Source: Myxococcales bacterium (GTDB lineage: Bacteria; Myxococcota_A; Polyangia; Fen-1088). From it: a stretch of DNA of 64,000 bases. Under the pieces are notes generated by a model. It saw only the letters and a program-made list of their open reading frames with translations. It did no database searches and was not told the DNA's origin. Each line of letters begins with the position of its first letter. Positions within the stretch are counted from its first letter, which is position 1. Shown in pieces: positions 56,492-64,000 of the stretch. Made by a program: the position numbers and the translations under genes. The DNA is taken from the NCBI GenBank assembly GCA_031398585.1, contig JANNNO010000415.1, positions 1,430 through 65,429 of the forward strand. Direction: 5' to 3'.

Positions 56492-56550
56492 TCTAGCCTC
56501 CATAAGCGGGCAGTGAGTGCGTGAAGCGGTAACCGATTCGGGGCGCGGGG

Positions 56551-57981
56551 TCAGACCATGAGCTCGGCGAGGGGCTTGGTTGCGATTGGCATGCCCTTGT
56601 CGTCCGAGCCGAAGGACTCCTTCGGCATCCCGAGGGCGGCGAGCGTGCTGAGGTGCAGGGCGGCCAACTGCGTGTCCTTGGGGTTGCCCTTGCCGTCGAT
56701 GCCGGTCCCGGCGCCGGCGTCGAGCTCGTACTTGATGTGCAGGCCCTTCTTCAGCTTGCCGCCACCAGAGCCTGCGACGAGCACGGGCAGGTCCCGCATG
56801 TTGTGACCGCCGGCGTCGCCGAATTCGCTGGTGAGATAAATGATCGAGTTGTCGAGCACCGTGCGATCGCCTTCCTTCATGTTCTTCAGCTTGCCCATGA
56901 GGTAGGCAAACCGTTCGATGTAGAAGCGATTGATCAGCTCTTCCTGGCGGCGCGCATCGGCGTCCATGCGGTGGGTGATGGCGTGGTGACGAGCGGTCAC
57001 ACCAGGCAAGAACGCGAACGAACGCGCGTCCGAGAACGAGTGTTCGTACATGTACGTCGCGACCCGCGTGACGTCGCACTGGAACGCCAGCGCGATCAGG
57101 TCCGACAGGAGATCGAGGTTCTCCTTGAAGGGAAACTCCGCCGGGGTCGCGGGCGGCGCCATCGGCATGCAGGCCACCGGCTTGGGAGGACCGCCGCCGC
57201 CGAGCTCACGCTCGATGCGCATCTCGACCTCGCGCACCGACGTGAAGTACTCGTCGAGTTTGCTCTTGTCGGTCTTTCCAACGCGCATCCGCAAGGCGTC
57301 CGCACGCATGCGCACGACATCGAGGATGCTCTTCTGCAAGAACGGCCGGTTGTCGGGCTTGCCCGGAACCATCGGCATCGGCGCCCCGCCGCCGGCCCCG
57401 AACAGGCGCATGAACACTTCGCGCGGGTTCACCTGCTTGGGCAGGAACGTCGTCGGGCCCGACCAGGTGATGTTGTTGTTGTAGGCGCAGCTGAACTGGT
57501 CTTCGCAGTTGCCGCCGGCGCTGGACGCCTTGCCGCCGAGCTGAATCGACGGGAACTTGGTCTTTTCTTTCCACGCGTTGGCGATGATCTGGTCGAGCGA
57601 GATCCCGTTCATGATCCCGGTCGATTTGAAGCCGACGGGGTACTGGGTCAGCATCGCGCCGCAGGCCCGCGTGTGCGAGCCACCGAACGCAGTCGTGAGA
57701 CTGGCCGGGTAGCTGCCGAGGCCGGAGATCATGCTGAAGTCGCCCTTGAACGGCGCCAGCGCGGAGAGGAGCGGCGGGATCTCCCAGGTGGCGCCGACCG
57801 CGGTCGGGCGCCACTTGTCCATCACGAAGCCGTTGGGCGAATAGACGCAGAGGAACCGCTGCGCCACCGCCTGGGCGTGCGCGCGGCGCGGTTCCATGAT
57901 CTCGAGCGCGGGCAGCGCCATCGCCACGCCAGCACCGCGGAGAACTGCACGACGGGAAAGCCGAAATCCGTTCATGGCCAT
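56551..57981 (-). CDS. DUF1552 (HXXSHH-family) protein with a twin-arginine signal (pair B)
   Basis: MAMNGFRLSRRAVLRGAGVAMALPALE is a Tat motif. The HHAITHR motif is present. It is homologous along its length to the 39650-40957 product. The ATG shares one nucleotide with the upstream stop (TAATG). Confidence 0.85.
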   Translation of the reverse strand: MAMNGFRLSRRAVLRGAGVAMALPALEIMEPRRAHAQAVAQRFLCVYSPNGFVMDKWRPTAVGATWEIPPLLSALAPFKGDFSMISGLGSYPASLTTAFGGSHTRACGAMLTQYPVGFKSTGIMNGISLDQIIANAWKEKTKFPSIQLGGKASSAGGNCEDQFSCAYNNNITWSGPTTFLPKQVNPREVFMRLFGAGGGAPMPMVPGKPDNRPFLQKSILDVVRMRADALRMRVGKTDKSKLDEYFTSVREVEMRIERELGGGGPPKPVACMPMAPPATPAEFPFKENLDLLSDLIALAFQCDVTRVATYMYEHSFSDARSFAFLPGVTARHHAITHRMDADARRQEELINRFYIERFAYLMGKLKNMKEGDRTVLDNSIIYLTSEFGDAGGHNMRDLPVLVAGSGGGKLKKGLHIKYELDAGAGTGIDGKGNPKDTQLAALHLSTLAALGMPKESFGSDDKGMPIATKPLAELMV

Positions 57982-59768
57982 TACTCCTTGTCCGCGCGGT
58001 GAGTGGTCATGAGCGGGCTTTGCGCCACGAGCTCGATCAGCGTCGGCACCTTGAAGCCGCCGCTGGCGAACTTCTCACCGATCTCCTTGATCGCGGCCTG
58101 GTCGCCGTCCTTCATCTTGCGGCCGAGCGCGTAGGTCAGCACCTGCTTGGCCATGCACGCCGGGAAGCGCGGGTCCTTGGCCAGCAGCTCGCTGAGGTCC
58201 TCGGCGCCGTTGAACTTCTCGCCGGTGCCGGGCATGAGGCCGGTCGCGTCGACGGGCAGGTTGTTGTCGGTGTCGCGCCAGAGCCCGGCGCCGTCGAAGT
58301 TCTCGAGCGCAAAGCCCATCGGATCGATGAAGGCGTGGCACCCCATGCAGCTCGATCCCATGCCCGAGTGGGTCTTCTCGAGCTTCTGCCTCAGCGTGCC
58401 CTCGGTGATCTTGTTGGGCTGGAACGCCGGAATCATCGCGGGCGGCGCCGGCGGGTGCAGACAGAGCAGACGCTCGAGGATCCAGACGCCGCGGCGAGTG
58501 GGTGAATGCGTGTCGGGGAGCGAGGTGAGCACGAGGAAGCTACCCGTGCGCAGCAGGCCGCCACGGCGCTTGTCGGTCACGTCGACCTTGCTGAACTTGT
58601 CCTCGGTGAGGGCGGCCGCACCGGGCAGGCCGTAGTACGTCGCCAGCGACTTGTTTGCGTAGACGTATTTGGCTTTGACCAGGTCCTGCGCCGAAGCCTG
58701 TCCCGACAGAACGCTGCCCATGAGAGTGCGGACTTCTTGCTCCATGGCCGCGCGCAAAGGCGCCTGCCACTTGGGGAAGAACTTCACGTCGGGCTCGGCG
58801 AACTTGAGGATGCCGGTTTGTAGCCATTGGTCGATCATCGCGGCGTTGAAGCCCTGATTGACCTTGGGATCCGCCAGCATGCGGCGCGCCTGCTTGCCGA
58901 TCTCGTCGCCCGTCAGCATGCCAGCCTTGGCTTTGTTGAAGAGCTCGTCGTCGGGCATGCTGGCCCACAGGAAGTACGAAAGCCGCGAAGCGACCTCGTA
59001 GTTGTCGAGCGCACGCGAGTCGCCCATCTTGGGATCGAGCTCGACGCGGAAGAGGAAGTCTGGCGAGACCAGCACCGCGGCCAGCGCCACCTTGAGGCCG
59101 GCTTCGTACGTCTCGCCTTTGCCCTTGGCGGTCGCCACCAGCGCGGCGTAGGGCTCGAGCTCGGCTTTCTCCACCGGGCGGCGGAACGCACGCGTGACGA
59201 ACGTCTCGAGGATGCGGTTGGTGCAATCGGCTTCGGCGGCCGGCATCGCTGCGGTACAGACCAGCAGGCGGTTGCGGACGGCGGCGTTGGCGGGCGCCGG
59301 GTCAAGCGCCTTGTCGATCAGGAACTGCGCCGACGTGAGGTACTTCTCGATGCTGATCGGCGAGAGCGACAGGACGTCGGCGTCGTTGTTGAAGCCGTCG
59401 CCGAATTCGTCTTCCACGAAGTCGAACATCTTGGACGGGCCGAGATCGAGCCCGAGGAGATCGCGAACCGTGTTGTCGTACTCAGCGCGGTTGAGGCGGC
59501 GAATGGTCACCCGACCTGGCGTCCCCGCGGACGGCGTCGAGGTGCCACCGGTTCCGCCAGAGGCACCGGGCGGCGTGGTGCCGTTGCCACCGCTTCCGCT
59601 ACGACCACCAGTGGCGCCGGGGCCGGAGCCGCCCTTTTGGCCATTGGCCGGGGGCTCGGGCAAAGTGCCTCCCCCTTCCGGTGGGGGTGTGCAACCGGCG
59701 CTGAGGAGGAATCCGGCCGCCGCGAAGGCGAAACCGATTTTCACGCCGCTAATCGATCGTGCGCGCAT
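57981..59768 (-). CDS. DUF1592/DUF1595/DUF1588(PSCyt3)-family lipoprotein with a CxxCH motif (pair B)
   Basis: Trimmed to ATG 59768. MRARSISGVKIGFAFAAAGFLLSAGC has a lipobox. A Gly-rich tether follows, then RLNRAEYDNT.... CMGCH at 58335-58349 is followed by AFIDPMGFALENFDGAGLWR. Confidence 0.85.
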   Translation of the reverse strand: MRARSISGVKIGFAFAAAGFLLSAGCTPPPEGGGTLPEPPANGQKGGSGPGATGGRSGSGGNGTTPPGASGGTGGTSTPSAGTPGRVTIRRLNRAEYDNTVRDLLGLDLGPSKMFDFVEDEFGDGFNNDADVLSLSPISIEKYLTSAQFLIDKALDPAPANAAVRNRLLVCTAAMPAAEADCTNRILETFVTRAFRRPVEKAELEPYAALVATAKGKGETYEAGLKVALAAVLVSPDFLFRVELDPKMGDSRALDNYEVASRLSYFLWASMPDDELFNKAKAGMLTGDEIGKQARRMLADPKVNQGFNAAMIDQWLQTGILKFAEPDVKFFPKWQAPLRAAMEQEVRTLMGSVLSGQASAQDLVKAKYVYANKSLATYYGLPGAAALTEDKFSKVDVTDKRRGGLLRTGSFLVLTSLPDTHSPTRRGVWILERLLCLHPPAPPAMIPAFQPNKITEGTLRQKLEKTHSGMGSSCMGCHAFIDPMGFALENFDGAGLWRDTDNNLPVDATGLMPGTGEKFNGAEDLSELLAKDPRFPACMAKQVLTYALGRKMKDGDQAAIKEIGEKFASGGFKVPTLIELVAQSPLMTTHRADKE

Positions 59769-60065
59769 CTTTCCCTTTCCAACCACCGGATCCCAGAACC
59801 GGGCGCCGAGGCCGTCGTGAAAACGATGCCAGGCTTATACACGACCTGTCGGCCGGGGCCCCGTTCAAAACCGCGAGCTTCACTGGCGCTTTCGGCTTTT
59901 GGTCATCCCCTGGGACGCCCCGACGAACGAAGAAATGGGGCATTTACGCGTCAGAAACGCTCCGGGGTTATCAGTAGCAATGGTCTCGCCGCACCATTGC
60001 CGCCGTAACGGGTTACGCCTGGATGGCGAGGCGGCGGGGGGGCAGCTGCCCGGTCGTCCTTTGAC

Positions 60066-60866
60066 GTGTACGATGCCGCCATGCCTTCTGTCGTCGACGC
60101 GCTGTCGAACGTCGCCAGGAGGCTGACGTTCTGGTTGCGCAACGCCCTGCCCTGGTCGATGCCGGCGTGGAAGCTGCCGGCGCGCAGCTGGGAACGCGCG
60201 ACGGATCGGCTGCCGGGCCCCGCGCGCGAGCACGCTGTCAGACTGCGAGCGGAGCACGATCTGTCGCGCTGGCCCGAGCTTCTGACGCCACTCGAAATGC
60301 AGGAAAACCTGCACCTGCTCGATCTGATGGTGCGGATCCTACCCACGGGGCTTCCCGGCGGACCGGGCCTCGACGTGGGCAGCAAAAATGGGTCGATTCT
60401 GCCCGCCCTCATCGCGGCGTCAGCCCGCCCGTGGGATCTCGTCGAGCTCGACGCCCATCGCCGCTACATCGACTTCTCCACCCGGGCCGCCCATGGCCGC
60501 GCGATCGCCCGCGCCTATCCAGCCTGCCGCTATCTCGCCGGGTCGGTCGAGGCTCTCGACGGCAGCTACGCAGTCATCACGTGGATCCTTCCCTTCGTGC
60601 ACGAGGGCCCCCTACGGGCCTGGGGGCTGCCTCATCGCTACTTCACGCCGCAGAAGCTGCTGCGCCACGTGGCCAACCTGCTCGCCCCCGGCGGCGTCCT
60701 GCTGATCATCAATCAGGGCGAAGGTGAGCGCGACACCCAGCGCGAGCTGTTCGCGGAGCTCGGCCTCACGCCTGACGAGCTTGGGCAACTGGACGGTCCC
60801 CTCTCGCCGTTTCGCCGTGCGCGGTATGGGTTTCGTTGGCAACGGCCCGGGGTGCCGTCGCGATAG
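60066..60866 (+). CDS. Putative class I SAM-dependent methyltransferase
   Basis: 266-aa ORF with a GTG start; ATG 60081 is also possible. GLDVGSKNGSILPAL is a motif-I-like segment, LVELD is an acidic post-I residue, and PGGVLLIINQGE is a motif-IV/V-like segment. The assignment is weak. Confidence 0.5.
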   Translation: MYDAAMPSVVDALSNVARRLTFWLRNALPWSMPAWKLPARSWERATDRLPGPAREHAVRLRAEHDLSRWPELLTPLEMQENLHLLDLMVRILPTGLPGGPGLDVGSKNGSILPALIAASARPWDLVELDAHRRYIDFSTRAAHGRAIARAYPACRYLAGSVEALDGSYAVITWILPFVHEGPLRAWGLPHRYFTPQKLLRHVANLLAPGGVLLIINQGEGERDTQRELFAELGLTPDELGQLDGPLSPFRRARYGFRWQRPGVPSR

Positions 60867-60969
60867 TCGGTCGGCCCCGGAGCGCAGAGGTACCCGGCGC
60901 GTGCCTGCGATTCGTTGTTCTAGACAATCATTGCCGACAGGCGGTGCGTTTCGGACGAAGACTCGGACC

Positions 60970-61782
60970 TCAGCGACGCCGATCCCGATCCTCTTCGACC
61001 TCGTAGGGCAGCGACGCCAGCAGCCGCTCGGCGATTAGCTGATGTCCGCGCGGCCCGGGGTGAAAACGATCGCCGGCCAGCAGGCCGGGACGGCCGGCGA
61101 AGAGATCAGCGATTGGCACCACCAGCACGCCGGGGAAGGTGACGGCCGCCCGTTCCACGGCGTTGTTCCATTCCAACAGGTGCGCGCGCGCCTCGGCGGC
61201 CTCGGTCTCGACGACGTCGAAGGGGTTGTAAAGGCCGAGCAGGCGAATGGTGGCGTTGGCGTTGATGGCCCGAAGCTCGGTGAGCAGGCGGCGTAGGTTC
61301 TCCCGGGCGCGGTCCCGCACCTCGACCGGCGGGAACGTCCCGTCCCCGGTCATCGATCGGAGACCGTGCGACAGATCGTTGCCGCCGGCCGAGACGAGGA
61401 TGAGATCCGCGGCGGCGAGCTGGCGCCGCGCCTCGGCCCCCTTGATCACAGCGAGCACGTCGTCGGTCTCGTCGCCGTTGACCGCGAGGTTGTTGATCGA
61501 GATCTCTCGGCCACCCGTGCGCAGCGCGCTCGCGAGGCGATTCACGTAGCCGCCGCGAGAATCGCCGATGCCGACGCTGATCGAATCGCCGAGCGCGACC
61601 ACCCGCAAGGCGTTGCTCTTGGTGGCGACCTCGTCCCCAGGCGGAATCGGCGCCAGAACCTCGCCGAAGCCGCCGGTCAGGGCGAGCGCGAAACCGGTGG
61701 TGAAGACGACGGCGGTGGCCACTCCAACCGTGGCCGGCAACCACCATCCGAGGAGGCGTCGTGGAGGCACGTGCGCTAGCAT
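60970..61782 (-). CDS. SGNH/GDSL hydrolase (lipase/esterase) with an N-terminal anchor
   Basis: Trimmed to ATG 61782. Block I VVALGDSISVG, block III GGND, block V DRFHPGPRGH (DxxH). Confidence 0.85.
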   Translation of the reverse strand: MLAHVPPRRLLGWWLPATVGVATAVVFTTGFALALTGGFGEVLAPIPPGDEVATKSNALRVVALGDSISVGIGDSRGGYVNRLASALRTGGREISINNLAVNGDETDDVLAVIKGAEARRQLAAADLILVSAGGNDLSHGLRSMTGDGTFPPVEVRDRARENLRRLLTELRAINANATIRLLGLYNPFDVVETEAAEARAHLLEWNNAVERAAVTFPGVLVVPIADLFAGRPGLLAGDRFHPGPRGHQLIAERLLASLPYEVEEDRDRRR

Positions 61783-61883
61783 GCCATACGATGACGCAAG
61801 CTCCACCCGGCGCCGATCCGCTGGCGGTTTCGGCGCCGACGACGCCGGCAACCATCGGGACCGCCGATGCCGACCGCGTGGTC

Positions 61884-62600
<717 letters not shown>

Positions 62601-62633
62601 CTTCGGCAAACGTCGATCGGAGGGTAGACCATC

Positions 62634-63635
62634 GTGCGCGCTTCCGTCTGGCTTGGACTGTGTGAGAACGAAACCTTGAAGATGGTGCGCCGGCGGCGGC
62701 CGCAGCTGGTGCTGGCGGTGCTGGTGATTTTCCTTGCCATATCGGTCTGGGCGCAGCACCGACAGCAGGAGAACGCTCGCCGCAACGACGGTCCGCAGAC
62801 CGACTGGCGGGCGCAAGTGGAAAGGCGCATGCACGATGCCGAGCGACGGGCACAACGTCGTCGCATTTTCGTGGGCTGGAACCGCATGCAGCAGTTCGAG
62901 GCGGCGCGGCTCAAGTACCACCTCGAACGCAACATCAACCCCAACCAGCACACCGGGCCGCTCTACTCGCGCGGTTTTGCCATCGTGGCGGCGACCTTAC
63001 TGTTGCCGTTGCTGGTGACGGTGTTGGCCGCGGATCTCGTCTCGTCCGAACAGAGCGCGGGCACGATCAAGATGCTGCTCACGAGGCCGGTGGCGCGCTG
63101 GAAAGTGCTGCTCTCGAAGTACCTGGTGGTAGCAGGGTTTTCCACCTTGCTGGTGGCTGCAGCGGCGATCTTATCGTGGGCGATCGCGGGCTTCGCTTTT
63201 GGCTGGCGTGGGTTCTCCGCGCCGGTGCTCACGGGATTTCGCTTCGATGCCGGCGGCGTGGATCTGTCGGGCGTGCGTTCGGCGCCGTTGTGGCTCGACA
63301 CGCTGGCGACATGGGGACTCTCCTGGTTCGGCGCGCTGATCATCGGCATCATCGCGACGACCTTCTCGGTGCTGTTCAAGTCGACTGCGGCCGCCATGGG
63401 CACCCTCATCGCCGTTCTGGCGGCGGGCACGGTGCTGGGGCAGATGGCCAACGACTGGGAGCTGGCTAAGTGGCTCTTCGTGACGAACTTGCCGCTGGCG
63501 CAGTTCTATTCTGGCGTCCCGCCGCCCGTCGACGGCATGACGTTGCTGCATTCGGTGCTGGTGCTGGCAGCCTGGGGGCTCGCGGCAGGGGCCGTCGGCC
63601 TTGCCGTGTTCTCCCGCAGGGACGTCACGGCGTAG
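62634..63635 (+). CDS. ABC-2-family transporter permease
   Basis: GTG start. An N-terminal TM helix is followed by a ~90-aa loop, then SSEQSAGTIKMLLTRPVARWKVLLSKYL (an ABC2_membrane-type block) and five further TM helices. Confidence 0.75.
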   Translation: MRASVWLGLCENETLKMVRRRRPQLVLAVLVIFLAISVWAQHRQQENARRNDGPQTDWRAQVERRMHDAERRAQRRRIFVGWNRMQQFEAARLKYHLERNINPNQHTGPLYSRGFAIVAATLLLPLLVTVLAADLVSSEQSAGTIKMLLTRPVARWKVLLSKYLVVAGFSTLLVAAAAILSWAIAGFAFGWRGFSAPVLTGFRFDAGGVDLSGVRSAPLWLDTLATWGLSWFGALIIGIIATTFSVLFKSTAAAMGTLIAVLAAGTVLGQMANDWELAKWLFVTNLPLAQFYSGVPPPVDGMTLLHSVLVLAAWGLAAGAVGLAVFSRRDVTA

Positions 63636-63673
63636 CACGCCGGGGAGGCGGCGGGCCGGCTATACTCGCTGCC

Positions 63674-64000
63674 ATGCCTCGTGGCTCATCTTCCGGCTCA
63701 TCTTCCCAGGTCGGTATCACCGGTGGCCGCTCGCGAAGACGGCGAGGGTTCGCGCTCGCGGCCGTGCTGGGGCTGATGTCGACGGGGCTGGGGTGCAACC
63801 GGACGACTTCGACGGCGCCGACCTCGACAGTCTCCCCGCCAACTCCCGCCACCGGTGCCACGGCAGCCAAGACGGCGGCGGCGGGTAGCCCCGCGCCGCC
63901 CATGGGTGGCGCTGCCACGCTCTATGGGGCGCCCCTCGACAGCAAGCAGGGCGCGATCGCGGTGGCCGAAGTGATCGCGAACCCGGAGCCCCACAAGGGC
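63674..64000 (+). CDS. 5' part of a lipoprotein gene; continues beyond the window end
   Basis: My own translation from ATG 63674 gives MPRGSSSGSSSQVGITGGRSRRRRGFALAAVLGLMSTGLGC (lipobox) NRTTS...GAPLDSKQGAIAVAEVIANPEPHKG. The frame is open to the window end. Confidence 0.5.
   Translation, partial: MPRGSSSGSSSQVGITGGRSRRRRGFALAAVLGLMSTGLGCNRTTSTAPTSTVSPPTPATGATAAKTAAAGSPAPPMGGAATLYGAPLDSKQGAIAVAEVIANPEPHKG

Overview
Very GC-rich bacterial chromosomal segment; hand counts of typical coding lines give about 70-75% G+C. The content points to Myxococcota, but this is inference only because no search was possible. The evidence is two proteins with MYXO-CTERM-type tails, CxGxDxDCDG cysteine-rich repeat proteins, a eukaryote-like Ser/Thr kinase, two DUF1592-family/DUF1552 gene pairs, and many lipoproteins with Gly/Ser/Pro tethers. 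I support 56 protein-coding genes (2 run off the window edges), a few low-confidence regulatory sites and terminators, and two coding tandem-repeat regions. Clear housekeeping genes are ddl, ppc, groES-groEL, prmC, bfr/bfd, corA, cyaY, an HtrA-type protease, an Fpg/Nei glycosylase, a prolyl oligopeptidase and a POT peptide transporter. I recognised no rRNA, tRNA, CRISPR array, transposase or integrase. Because of the GC content, almost every real gene is shadowed by long antisense or out-of-frame ORFs in the supplied track. I rejected those and trimmed several long track ORFs to internal starts; the track also uses GTG/TTG starts written as M. Items most worth a second look: (1) a sharply low-GC single-gene islet encoding a DUF2971-like protein (33.85-34.99 kb); (2) two paralogous pairs of a CxxCH-containing DUF1592-family lipoprotein and a Tat-exported DUF1552 protein, one pair extended by an esterase lipoprotein; (3) a GT-C-like polytopic membrane protein fused to a DedA/VTT domain at the end of a translationally coupled POT-prolyl oligopeptidase-ddl operon; (4) an ECF sigma/anti-sigma pair whose anti-sigma periplasmic domain carries a CxxCH motif, convergent with a porin-lipoprotein-Cys-rich lipoprotein cluster; (5) a bfr-FGGY kinase-sphingosine-1-phosphate-lyase-like operon; (6) a reprolysin-like MYXO-CTERM protein whose first zinc-ligand His is replaced by Gln. 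All family assignments rest on motif recognition by eye and need HMM or BLAST confirmation.
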